Below are positions 25,190-38,044 of a stretch of DNA of 64,000 nt, in pieces (the stretch's first letter is position 1; each line of letters starts with the position of its first letter). The stretch is from contig MU058259.1 of the NCBI GenBank assembly GCA_013265495.1, forward strand, positions 204,437-268,436. The letters run 5' to 3'. A program made the position numbers and the translations under genes. This stretch comes from Vicugna vicugna (taxonomy: Eukaryota). Under the pieces are notes generated by a model. That model was not told where the DNA came from and searched no databases. It was given only the letters and a program-made list of their open reading frames with translations.

Positions 25190-26500
25190 GCAAATGGTAT
25201 TTGCTATCTTCTTCTTCCACCATCCTTCCTAAGTTCCCTTCACCTTCAGCTACCATCTCTCCTGGTCTCAGTGGCTTCTCTGGTAACGTGATCTGAATCC
25301 TCATTCCTGAGGAGTCTAAGCCTCAGTAACGATTTGCTTGTTCGACTGAGGTTGATGCACATGTCTCTTCACAATCACAGTCAAACAAGGGAGTACCATG
25401 TGGTACGCACACGGATCACGTATGTTCCTCCCTGCCCCTGCTGTGTAAAAGTAGCCCAAGCTTCTCCTGATGATCAGTGTCAATTGCCCCTGTAGGATAG
25501 TGACTCCTTATTTGCCTGCTGGACCTAGGACACAGGGAGTACAAGTTGTCTAGGTGACAGGTGTAGCTTGCGGTGGTGTCTTCTAAAGGGGGACTTTGGT
25601 GGTAAGAGTATGCCCCCTTTGGGACATCGTAATCCAGGGGAGCCCAAAGTTGAAGTGATGGGAAGCACCAAGTTCCTGAGTGGGTCACTGGCAATAATGG
25701 TAAGTGAGATCTCTCCTACTTCTATTTCTTGGTTCACAGATCCATGTACCTTTCCTGTGGGGGCACAGTGCCACATTGATACCCCTTATTCAGTGTGTAT
25801 ACTGAATCCTGGGGGATGGCACTTCATCCTTGCCAAGTCTTGCCTCTGAGCTGGCATTTCAGCTGTACCTTCCACAGGCAATCCTATTGCTCTGTGATGG
25901 CCAGTTGTATTCTGAATGTAATACAACCGGTGGATCCCATGATTATGAGCCCACTCCCCCACCTCCTGTGGTGTGAAATGAAACATTCTGGTCAGATGCT
26001 ATGTTATATGCAATCAGGCATTTTGCAAGCCCTTGCATAGTGGAGCTGGTGGAGGTTCTGCAGGCAGAAAAGGCAAACCTATATATGGAATAAGTATCTA
26101 TTTCTGTGAGAATGAACAGCTGGCTTTTCCAGCATGGAAGGGACCCAAATGAAGTCAATTACTATCAAGTAGCCTGTCAGTCTCCTTAAGGAAATGTACC
26201 GTATTGGAGGCTCAGCATTGCTTTATGGTGCTACCCGGCTGGGCTACTGAGGTTGCAATAGTAGATTTCTATAGGGCCCCTTTGTGACCTCAATTTCTGC
26301 CATCATGGTTACACCATTGTTTACATTGTGCCAGTTTTGTGGTGGCCAATGACAGAGCCTGGATGGCATCCACTGGCCAGGTCATTTTGTCTACTTGGTT
26401 GTTCAGTGTCTCATCCATGGTGCATGCTTTCTGGTGGGTGTTAACATGAGAACCATGGATTTTCACACTTTGTACCCACTTACATATGTCCATCCTCATG
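25190..26500 (-). mobile_element. ERV-L internal relic: RNase H tail, integrase, dUTPase
   Basis: Peptides VKIHGSHVNTHQK...NNQVDKMT (RNase H), FILTEIDTYSIYRFAF...GLAKCLI...IASDQ..HFT (integrase), and LTIIASDPL...GAIDTDHQEKLGLLLH (dUTPase downstream of IN, the ERV-L arrangement). Confidence 0.88.
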
Positions 26501-28230
26501 CCAGAATTAGTCACCATGCTCACCCAGACACAAGGGAACCGAGAAGTGTATTCTAATTTATATGCTTAGAAAATGAAGGGCAGGAAATACTTGGAGAATA
26601 GCAGTAATGACTACCACATTTGTTATGCTCTGCTAGAAGGGTCTCAAGGCATGCTCTTTCTCTAATATTCTACAGGGTTTTAGTGAAAGTAAATGTTTAC
26701 TTACTGCTTTCTTTCTTCCTAGAATCCAAGCAATGTTTCCTTAGGGCTGGGTTAGAGACAGTATAGCTGCTGGATTTTACCCAGAACACTATACCCTTTT
26801 GCTTTGTTACTAGTAAAAGCATGTTATTCCTGGTGGTTTTTTTGTCCTGTTAGGGAGGGATTTTTTAAAAGCAGCTGTTCAATATTCATGCAAATAGGCT
26901 TCTGGTGAGCCCACCCAACCGATGGGCCAGTCATGCCCACGTACATCTGGATCCTACTGAGACACAAGTCTGGCCTCCCACCATGCTTATATTACTGTCT
27001 ATATATTTTTGGCCTTCTACTGATTCTCTCCCCAACTACAGTATAAGCTTCTTGAATGTTGAGACTGTGTGTCCTTTCTCTTTATACCCCCAGTTCCTAG
27101 GACAGTATTCTATCTACTTAAAATATTTTGTTACATTTGTCATTGGTGATGAAATGATTCTAGAAAACAAACAAAACAGGTTATATGACAAAGATAGACA
27201 CTCATGGAAATAATTCAAGGTAAACAGTTCTCAGAGGATAAACAGGACCCAGAATGCTTTTCACCCAGGACACCCACTGCTCTGAGCTCTGGCAAACGGA
27301 ACCTCTGCGAGTTAGAGGGCTTGGTAGACATTTTGTTGCAAATGTTCAGAGGGTTGCAACCCCTCAGGAAGATTTGATTGAATCTGAATGTCAGAAAATG
27401 GGGCATCCTTATCCAAGTCTGTATTAATTAAAAGAGTGTAACCATTTTATTTTATGTGCAAGACCTTAAGGTGCTCAAGGCCAGCATTCTCAAGTTGAAA
27501 ACGTTCGTCTTCGGGGTCCTTGCTTTCTGTTTCTATTCCTTTCTCCATTTTAACTTTTACCCCCAACCCAGAAGCAAAAACAAAATGCCTTCTATTTGAA
27601 GAAACCAAGAAATTGTTTTGATATTTTGTTTTATGACCCAAACCTATATATTACTGGTTGCCGAGGCATTATTTCTCCCTGCACACTCATCATTCATAGC
27701 TACAGGGGTGAAAATATTCCAAAATAGTATGTAATGTCTGTTACACATTTAGATGCATAAATTTTGGTTGTCAAGATGGTGATTTAATAGAAACTTATAG
27801 ATTCATTGCAGAATATTTTTAATGCCTAGGCTTTTTTTTTTTTAAAGAAAAGTGTGTGTATTCTTTTCATTTCTCTCTTCTTGGAAATGTTATTTCTTCG
27901 TAATATAGTCCTTTATTTATCGTGGCCGGGTCTAACAAATTTTGGCAATAGGCTTAATGAAAATTAAGGAAAAAGCTTTTTTCTCTTAAGAGTCAGGAAG
28001 TAAAGCATCTTGATTTCACATCCATCATGTCAGTAATAAACCCAAAGGCTCAGGTCCTTTGACATCAGGTATGTAAACTGAATATGGAATTTCTCATCTT
28101 AACATATTATCTCTTTGGGACTATAAATCTTTGACATTGGATTAGCCCTCTGAGAATTCAGGTTTGTGCCAGTCTGTATTATTTTGAATGTTTTTAGTGT
28201 AATTTTAAATTTTTATTTTTAGTGCTTTTA

Positions 28231-28625
28231 TTTTTTAATTTTTATTATTGAAGTATTGTCAGTTACACTGTGTCAATTTCTGGTGTACAGCGTAATGTTC
28301 CAGTCATACATACACATATATTTTCCTTTTCATAGTCTTTTTCATTATAGGTTATTACAAGATATTGAATTTGGTTCCCTGTGCTATATGGAAGAAACTT
28401 GCTGTTTATCTATTTTGTATATAATAGTTAGTATCTGCAAATCTCGAACTCCTAATTTATCCTTTCCCACCCCCTTTCCCCTGGTAACCATAAGATTGTT
28501 TACTATGTCTGCGATTCTGTTTCTGTTTTGTAAATGAGTTCATTAGTGTCTTCTTTCTTCTTTTTTTAGATTCCACATATGAGTGACATCATATGGCATT
28601 TTTCTTTCTCTTTCTGGCTTACTTC
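28231..28625 (-). mobile_element. 5'-truncated L1 3' end with 17-bp TSD
   Basis: Perfect TSD tatttttagtgctttta at 28214-28230 and 28626-28642. 3' UTR homologous to 15935-16310. Confidence 0.95.
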
Positions 28626-29367
28626 TATTTTTAGTGCTTTTAGAACTGTCATTTCTTTCCCTTTTTGGCTCCCCCTCTCTCATTCACTTGCTCTTGTCCT
28701 CGCTTTTATTCTCATCGTTGCTTAATTAGCTTGATGTTACTGATCTTCTCCACTGAGTCCCTCACTGGTTTTGGCAGGACCTTTTTTGCAAATCACTCCT
28801 CTGGGCTATAAATTGACCTTCACCCAGTAAGATTATCTTGAAGGGGAACTAAGGTGTCCCTCAAGTGTCTCTAAAAATAAGTTGTCTCTACCTGTTTTTA
28901 GAACCATTGTAATATTTTCAAGCTCCTGAAATCAAAGTTCAATTTTTTTAGCCTCATGTAAGTTGTCCAGAATGAAAGTCAGGATGTAAACTGTGAGAAT
29001 ATTTTTCAAGTAATTTGAATAATTCCTCACTGGGAATTTAAGTTGTAAATGCCTTTGCTACATTCTTTTGAAAATTGGGACAGGAATGAGTTACATAGTG
29101 AACAAACAGCTGACATTTCTGTGCAATGGAAAAAGCAATGATGATTTTACTTTATTGTGTTTAGCAATTCATCTTCAGGAACTGAGCCATTCTTAACAGC
29201 TGAGGCTAGGGAAAAGGAGGGAAAGCAGCCAAAAATGCCACTAGAAATTGTGCTGTGTCTCATCCCATTGATGGTCATCTCCGACTTTGGAAAACACCAC
29301 CAATGCAGGACAAATGATCAGAATATTATAGAATAATATATGATTGGAACAGAGAGGAACCATAAGG

Positions 29368-29685
29368 CAGCGCTGTCCAATGGAAGTATGATGTGAACCT
29401 CTTGTGTAATTTAAAATTTTCCAGTAGCACATCAAGAAAAGTGAAAAGAAACAAGTGATTCAAATGGTGGTAACAAATTTAATTTAATACAGTATATCCA
29501 AGATATTACGGTTTTAACATGTGATCAATATAAAAATATTAACAAGATTTTTATATTCTTTTTGGCACTAAGTCTTCAAAATGTGGTATGTATTGTACGT
29601 TTCCAGCATATATCAATTTGAGCTTGCCACATTTCAAGCGTTCCATGGCCACACGTGATGACTGACTCCCACAGCTGACAGAGCA
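29368..29685. mobile_element. MER33-like MITE
   Basis: cagcgctgtccaatggaag...gtgtaatttaaaattttccagtagc...ccacatttcaagcg. Confidence 0.8.
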
Positions 29686-31099
29686 GGCATGGAGAATATC
29701 TCATCCAAAACTCTCTCTATGACAAATAAGGACTCAAGAACCAGAGAGATTAAGCTACTTGCCACGCTGTGTCAGAGAGCAAGACTCAAACCCATATCTT
29801 CTCATTACCTCTCAAGGCCACTTTCCACTACTTCAAGAGGGTTTTTTTTTTTTGCCTAAAATCTTACTGACTTCCTCCTCCAAAATCTCAATTTTACTTC
29901 ACCTTTGCAGTTTTCATCCAGAAAAATAATCCTACAACAGAAACAAGAGGAGCAAAGACAGATTCGCATGTGAGGCTTCAGCAGTGATCTCATACCAGGC
30001 TTAAGAAAGAGGTGAAGAGATATTAAACAGTATTTTAAAAGCCTCTATCTGGTTTAAATGAGTTAAAAATCTCTAAGCCTGGGCAAATTATATCCAGAGT
30101 CATTGAAAGAATAAGTAGATGAGATAACAGAACCGCTATTGGTTACCAGGAAAATGATAGAGAAGACAAGAAATGCTAAATGATTGACACATACCCAGAT
30201 TTTTCAAATGGAAAAGGCAAATGATGCTAGTAGCAAACACATACATAGTACTTACTAGGTGTCAGACACTGGTTCTGAGTGCTTTACACATATGGATTCA
30301 TCAGTTCTTTACAAAAACCTTATGAGATAGGTACTAATACTATCTTTTCAGATGAGGAAACTAAGACACAGGTTAAGTAGTCTGCCCAAGATGTATTGCC
30401 AGTAGGTAGCAGAGCCAGGATGTGACTCTGGAGTCTAAATTCTTTGAATTGGCATTGCACCATACTGCTCACAGATTAAAGATTTCAATATTTGTCTAGT
30501 TCCCTACCCTCTCATCCTCCCTTTCCCAATGGCTAGGAATCATTTGATATCCTCTTGAAAGTTCAGCTCAAGCCAGGCTCTGGGGCAAGAGATGACTTCA
30601 GCAAGAGAGGTCCTAGTTCAAAGCCTTTGGTAGTCCATCATATCCTAGTGGCTACCATCCCCACCCTGACCTTGTCCCTCAGTTTTGGGCTCTGGGTTCT
30701 TCCTTGCATTGTGCATCCCTAATTTAGGTATTGGATCCTAGCTTACAACTTGTGGACAGAAGACTGATATCCTAGTCTCCTCACGTCACTGTACAGAACC
30801 TTCTCCTTGACTCTACTTGCCTGCCAATTCTAGTCCCTGTTACCTCCTGAGACCTCCATGACACCAATTGCTTTGCCAAAGCATTGTGTGAAATTATACT
30901 CTCCACTAACCATGTTCAATCCTGGGTCAGAACTTCTCCTGTCACTCAAATTGCCCCCAATTCCCTATTCATCCTAGTGACTGAGTCTAATTTCAAGGAC
31001 CAGCCCTTCCCAGCTTGCTTGATTTGCACTGGTGAAACCTTCCAGTTATGAGTGAAACACCATAATACCGAGTCATTGAGCTGGGCATTGGTCCTTGGA

Positions 31100-32255
31100 A
31101 AAATTATAAGTATATTATTAAACAGTTGGTTTGGAAACACTTAAAATGGAGATTGATTATTAAGAAATCCTTCTAAAACCAAGCTCAATTCCTCTTCCCC
31201 TCATCTGGATAGTGTTCCTAAAATTTCAATAAAAGAATGACAGACATAGTGTACCTGGGTCTCAGCAAGCTATTAAACAGAGTTAGCATGATACTTTTGT
31301 GGATGAGAAGCAATAAGTGTGATCTGGATGATAGATATGTGACTTCACCATCTGGTCTAGAATGTCAACTTTGAGCTGGATCTCCAATACTGTTGTAAGG
31401 GCCTTCCTCTTAACCCTATCATATTCTACTTCTTATTAAACATTCTAATAAACACTTCTGAGGAAAGCTCAGCAAATGTGTAGAAGATGCAGAATATAGA
31501 TGAATAGATTCCATGGCCAATGACATGTTCAGAAGTCAAAGGGTTCCCCACAAGCTAGAATGAAGGGTTAAAATGAACAAGATTAAATACTATAAGGATA
31601 CATGTAAATGTATGTATTTTTGTTTAAAAATTAAACTATATGAAAGCAGTATGAAGGAGACATGGACCAACATTAGTATAGTGGTAGTAAAGGGGGAGTC
31701 ATAGGACTTTGTTATAAACTCAATGCAAGCCAAAAGTATGCACAGCTGCCAAGTATCGAATGTGATCTTGGACTACATTAATTATAGTAAAATGGAAAGG
31801 CTAATGCCATTGTACTTGGTACCTGCCAGACTCTCTCTGGGTTTTTGTACTCATATCATGGCAGGCTGACAAACCGCAATGGATCTGGGACAGGCAGCCA
31901 GGGTGGAAAAGGTCTGGAACTAATGGTATACAGGAGCCAGCTGGTGCTCACTTGCTGGAAATTGCTAAGTATTCAGGAATTTTGTGAGCTGGTTGTTAAA
32001 CCCTTGGTAGCTTGAAATGGGTCATGCTGTTGAGTATTTACACCATGGTAATTGGCAAATGCTATAAATCAGGACTTCTTGTTTTCCAGACAGTGGGTCT
32101 GTCAGGCTACCATTGTCACTAATGTCCTGATATAAGAATGATTAAAGACAGAGAGGGTGTTAAGTTCAATCAAAAAGGGAAAAACAAACTAGAGTTGGGG
32201 GAAGAATGAGGACTTCAGAGCTGTCTTTGAATACTTAAACAGTTTAGATTTTCTT
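31100..32255 (+). mobile_element. L3/CR1 LINE, degenerate RT and 3' region (further fragment ~30040-30200)
   Basis: gacatagtgtacctgggtctcagcaagctattaaacagagttagcatgatacttttgtggat resembles CR1 DIVYLDFSKAFDKVSHDILV. Downstream gatgaaattcaa-type and ctgtctttgaatacttaaa motifs. Confidence 0.7.
31930..32118. mobile_element. MER63A-like hAT MITE inside L3
   Basis: gaattttgtgagctggttgttaaac...gtagcttgaaat...gagtatttacaccatgg...ggcaaatgctataaatcagg. Confidence 0.7.
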
Positions 32256-32293
32256 TTTCCGCAGATCGGAGCAGTCTTCTCTAACACTCCCAT

Positions 32294-32981
32294 TTTTTAT
32301 TTTTTTTCCCAGAAAATTGTATTTTATTTTTCAAATAATTATGATAAAGGGGGTTCTTGCAAAAGTATCTTCAAACGATCAGATACAGTAGAAAGTAATC
32401 TTTGAAGGTGGGAGCTGTGTTCAGTTCATCTTGTTGTCACCGATGCATTCCTTGTTCCACAGCTCAGGGGCAAATCCTGATAAGAGGGGCGATGTCTCCA
32501 TTCAGATGGGGACGATTTCTTGGACTGATCAGACCACAAAGAATAACTAACTGTGGGACAAGAGTTCCAGATGAAATCTAGCAGTTTCTTGGGCATCCAG
32601 TGAAGCCCTAACCTTGATACAAGCCAGGAGGGCTGCAAGTGACCAATCATTGGTCCCATGTTGATGCTGTTGTCAGCAGGTGGGGTAGGAAAAGCTGCTC
32701 CTGGGGGAAGAGTCAGGCCTGTGTCTTCGTTTCCTTCACACCACACACCTGACTGCCCTTTATATCAATGGGCTTGCAGAAGAAGCTCAAAATATTGGGG
32801 GAAGTGTAGGCATCATCTCATTCTCTTGGAAAGCCTCATCAGGGAGGGTTCACGGTGGCGTCATGGAAGCCCAAGAAAACAGGCACAAGAGAGCACGGGA
32901 GACTGACATGGACAGTGACACCAGCTCTGAATCAGGTTTGGACTCAAGCAGGACCACAGAACTGACCTCTGCGGTAGAAGG
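32294..32981 (-). pseudogene. Processed retrocopy of an unidentified polyadenylated transcript, probably non-coding
   Basis: TSD taacactcccat 32282-32293 / 32982-32993. A-tail 32294-32307. AATAAA at 32323-32328 (minus), 15 nt before the tail. No recognisable TE or protein. Confidence 0.8.
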
Positions 32982-33187
32982 TAACACTCCCATCTTTACT
33001 CTAAGGACAGAACAGCTGAGCTCTCACAACCTCCCCACCCATTCAGAGATGTGGCCCCAAACTGCCAGTCACTAGTGAGAAATTTCTCTGAAGTTTCTCA
33101 TATTATCTTTAAAAGTTATACAAATTTTACATTTTATTCTATAAGAGATCTATATCTCTCTGAATATAAAAATAATGGACTAAAGAG

Positions 33188-33345
33188 GCCCTTCTCAAAC
33201 TTTTCTGTGTATGAATCACCTGGGGATCTTGTTAACATTCAGGTTTCGATTGAGTAGGTCTGGAGGAAAGACTGAGACTGAATTTTTAACAAGCCCCTAG
33301 GTGATGCCAAAGCTGCTGGTCTCTGCAAACTTTGAGTAGCAATGG
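33188..33345. mobile_element. MER5-family MITE
   Basis: cttctcaaacttt...gaatcacctggggatcttgttaa...gtaggtctgg...aacaagccc..ggtgatgcc...ctttgagtagca. Confidence 0.8.
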
Positions 33346-36300
33346 TTTAAATTATAGACTAGACTCTTCTCTTGCCTTCTTTCCCCCCAACTCCGTCTTC
33401 CAGTAAATTCAGCATCCAGGGTGATATGCCATGTTTAATCTATTTAATCTGTCTCCCAGAGACACAAGCTTCTGGGAGTATACTCATGTGCCTCTGAAAA
33501 GCTTGGAGTTAAAACCTTTTAGACTTGTTTGTATTTCCTTATTAGTCCTCTTGTAGAAATTCCTTTGTACTAAACAGCACTTCAGCCTTGTACTTTCTAC
33601 CTATATTAAGTATCATTATTAAAAAAACAGCGGAGGAAATTCATTCTTTGACTCACTGTAGGAAAATTGTCAAGGATGTCATCCACTATGTTACATTCTG
33701 TTCTCTATTTGAGGACTCATGGGAACTTCTCCAGTTTTATTTCTAGGAATTGCTTCTTCTGAACAATTTATTCTTTTTGATCTTACTAATACCCTGAATC
33801 TTGTAATTGAATGTATTTTCCTCTTTCATGCAACATTCATTCAGTGCACGTGAATTGAGCACCTGCTAGGTTTCAGGCATCAGTCTAGGTTGTTGGGACA
33901 CAGCTGGGAACAAAAAAGACACATATTCCTGCTCTCATGGAGGCTTTTTACAGTGTCTCTTCCTTACAGTTATTAGGAAAAAATATCCAATTGTTAGGAT
34001 ATATGGGATCCCACTGGAGGCCACCTCCAACAAATTCAAAAGACCCAGTAAAAGACATCTCTGGTTTGAATTTGGCTCTTGGTTGTATGGATTTCCAACC
34101 CTCATCTTCTCTTTACTGGATTCCCTCAACTTTTTATTTTTCTCTTTGGTTACTGTGTGCATATTATTAGTTGTAAGTGGCTCAAATCCTCTGTGGAATG
34201 AGGCAGTATATAAATAACACATTAAATATGTGGAGCTAGAGAAATCAGAACTAAAGCCAATGCAGTAAAGTTATAGGGAATCAAACTTCTGTCTCATATG
34301 CAAGTAGTCTAATGTCCTGAAAAGAAATGGCCCACCTTATAATATAGTGACTTTTTGGACACTGATATTGGCAGTTCACCTTTGAGGAATTTTTATATGG
34401 TGTTTCCCAATGTGAGGGCATTTGTACTATATAATACCTCAAGTGTTTTCAATAATCAGATTGTATGAAAATGGCCATGATTTCAGTTCTGTAGACAACA
34501 GTGGCTCCTCCTTTCCCTGCTAGCCTCAGTATCTACTGGAGAAGATGAATTCTTTAGGAAAGGTGATGTCTCTGGGGAATCCCACATGGAGGGAATTTTG
34601 GAGAGGCAGAAGGGCTTCTGCCAGAAAAGCAGCCCAGGGCTCAGATCCTCCACCTGGGATGTGTTTTGTGACACTCACTAAAATCTAAACTCCTGCTTTT
34701 TCTTCTAACTTGTCTTGATCCAATTCATGGTTTTCTTCAGATGAATAAAATGTCCCTGTATTTATAGTGGATGCCATAAACCAGCCAGCCGTGATATTTT
34801 TTATATCATAAGCAGCTGCTCTCTGAGCCGACACAGAGTAAAAGAGGTCGATTTGTATTTTTACGGCCAGATATGAAACCAGCTTTCAATAATTTGGAAA
34901 GCACGTGCTGCCACTTGTGATCCTTAGGGTGCTAATTTTTAAATGAGCCCCTAAAGATTGCAGAGACTACAATTAATATAATGCTGAAAGGTAGCCCCAT
35001 TTTAGCCACTTACTCAAAAACAGGAAATTTTAAAGAATTAATTGATTTTAACTTCAATATGAAATATTGGCACTTGTGATGATACTACTCTGTGAATAGA
35101 TAGAGGCAGCATTTATGACCTTTTTAACTACATTCCATTCACTGAAAAATGACAACTATGCTAAAGAAATACTTTCCTCCTTGCTGCCGGCTTCTCCCAA
35201 CGAGAGCTTTTAGCAAAGGGCATGGAAAGTCCTGCCAATAAATAACAAAAATTTACTATCCCCACCATCATTTTACAGTCTTGCCCTCCCACAAGAGGAA
35301 AGCAGAGAGCAGAACAGATGAAATCAACCTGCTTTGCTCAGCACCAAGGACATATTATTACTCAAACTGGGTGACTAAGGGGGAAGATTAGTCTAGAAGA
35401 AATACACAGACTGAAAATGATGTTGCCCCAGACATGTTTCGTGGTGGTTGTTGTCATCGTCATTATTCCAATTTTCCACCGCTAATGGCTGTCTACCCCA
35501 TTTTTTTCCAATGCCACAGAAATCAGAATTGTCTTCACCTTCTGAAGACACTGAAAGGCAGAAATCCCTTGAGTCGAAAGCCATCTAGAAGGAATCATTT
35601 CTGTCTTCCTTTTGTGGGACTGAGCATTCCTCTCCTGTGTGAGAGAGACTAGGATGCTTTAGAAAGTGCGTCTCTTCAGACTCCTTGAATTAAGGAAGGA
35701 AAAGAGACAGAGCCAGAAAGAGCTTAACTGGAATGAGAAGTATTTTCCTGGACTCCACTCTCCTGAATTAATCAGGTCCAGCATAGGCAGCTTAGAGAGC
35801 TTGTTGGGGAAAAATTCCTTTCTCGTATGACTGAGTATTTCTAGCCAGGCTGCATGCAGAGGAGTGCTTTCTAGCCTTTGGACCGGGCCACTGCAGCCAG
35901 AATCCAAACAACTGTTTACTGTTCCTATAAGGAACTTTGATGATCTGAAAGGAAATAGCAGGATGTACAAAAAAGACCCAAATTTCTCTCCATTAGTGGT
36001 TTCAAGGGCTCTTGGTATACTGATTCTTGAAATTACAATTACAGTTCATGAAGTTTCTCTGACAAAGCCCAGCTATTAGATTTGGTTTAACAAAAGGAAC
36101 AGGGAGAACTCAGCCTCTATTTCAAAGAACCTCAGCTTTACCCTCCTTGTCTAAGTCATTGAGGAAAATAGCTTGCACTGGGGGTGGAAAAATGTATCTT
36201 TCCTCCTTAGTAAGCATGTCTTTTTAAAATTTAACCTAAGTTCTCTCTTTTTTCCCCGTGATTTGGGGCTTAATTCCCATATGCAGGCTATTATTATCAA

Positions 36301-36915
36301 AGCTAATCCGTTTCTGCTCTAAATACATCTTTTATTATGCTGCAGATTTCAACAAGTTCTTACTACTCTTTCAGTTATAGCAATGGTATATCCAACTCTC
36401 CCCAAGCAAGACATTCACAGGAGCAAGAGACAAGGCACCAGTGATTAGTTGGGTGTCTGCGATGGATCAGGCACTGGGCTAGACGATTTCACCAGTGCAA
36501 TTTAAGCCTCTATCCATATGCTGTAAGGATAGTAATTATCCCCACCTTAGAGATAAAGAAACTGAGGCTCCACTTTCAAGGAGATTCAGCCATTCTCCCA
36601 AATTTCTACAGTTTAAACCCAGATAGTCTGACCTCAGAGCCCATGGTTTGATATGCCAAATGCCTCTCATTAGGACAGATAATACAATCTCTATTTGGTA
36701 GATGGCAATATAAAGGCTAAGAAGGTTTCTAACATTATCAGGCTCCCACAGTAATCCTTGCCAGCTTGATGTTCCTGGAAATCTGTTTACTATACCAAGC
36801 CACTCAGTACAGCAGCTCAAGACAGATAATCTGGCTGAATTGAAGTGTTACCCGAGCAGTGTATAGACTAAGAGAAGCTCCAACTTCATTATGGAACCTA
36901 TCAAAAGTCACCTTA

Positions 36916-37035
36916 TACAGTCTTCCCTTGGTATCCATGGGGGTGGTCCCAAGGAAAGCTCTGACCTGAAGCTGTTCTTTACATTAAGTACAGTCAGCCC
37001 TCAGTGTTTCGAGCTGTGGTTGGTTGAATCTGTGG
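36916..37035. mobile_element. Internally deleted Tigger/MER2-type element ends
   Basis: ta-cagtcttcccttggtatccatgggg...ta-cagtcagccctc...gttgaatctgtgg...agggccaacta-ta (Tigger TIR-like ends, TA flanks). Confidence 0.55.
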
Positions 37036-38044
37036 TCACTCAAGGGCCAACTATACTCAACGTAAAGAATAGCTTTAGATCAGAATTTCCTTGGGGATGG
37101 TAGAATCCTTCCCGCTATGACGTCTACCAACTCAATTATGTCATACTGTCTCATTGGTGGCCTGCAACCATTTATCTTTACTATTTTGTTGCACTAGTTC
37201 ATTATTGAGGTTTCCTATATTCATGCCAGCAATGTGGAATTCTGATTTCCCTCTTGAGCTATGCAGTCATGGTACTCAGTGAGAGATAACGGAGTTGTGA
37301 GTCTAAAGCTGTATTTCTACACCATTCCTGGGACCACAGGACAGAGAATAAATATGCACCCCAATAGGCCTCATGGGAGCAGTTCCTGGATATGCCTAAC
37401 TATACAGGGATAGCAGAATAGGACAAGGGCACCTTTCCCATTACTTATACAAACCTGCCCTGGGCAATTGTGTCTGAGGAAGACCTCAGATTTCTACATA
37501 CCTCATGAGAAAGTCAGGTCAGGGCAGTAGATAGACTCTAGTAAAGGAATGTGGTGAAGGCTAATAGCTGGTCAGCAAAATCCAACCTCCCCATCTTCCA
37601 TAGTAATAGAGTTGTTGCCAGACACATGGAATACCTCCCCCATGTTCTTCCATTTGAGCCCCTTTGTACAGCTACACTATATTTAAACATGACTGCCTGG
37701 CTACACATTTCCTAGCATTCCTTGTAGTTATTTGTGGCCAAGTGACTATGCTCTAGACCAGTGGTTCTCAAAGTATCATCATCATCTGAGAGCTGGTTAT
37801 AAATGCAAGTTCTTTGGCCCTACCCAAGAAATTCTGGGGGCGGGGCCCACAGCCTGTGTTTTAACAAGCCTTCCTGGGGATTCTGATGCAGGCTAATGTT
37901 CTTGAAAATGGGATGTAAGCAGAAATAATGTGTGTCCCTTCAGTGCCTAGGTCTAAAGACACTGAATATGCCTCTTCCATGATCTCTTGCTACTTCCAGG
38001 CTGAACCAGACAAGCTTTAACCATGCAGGTGGTGACAATGCTTT

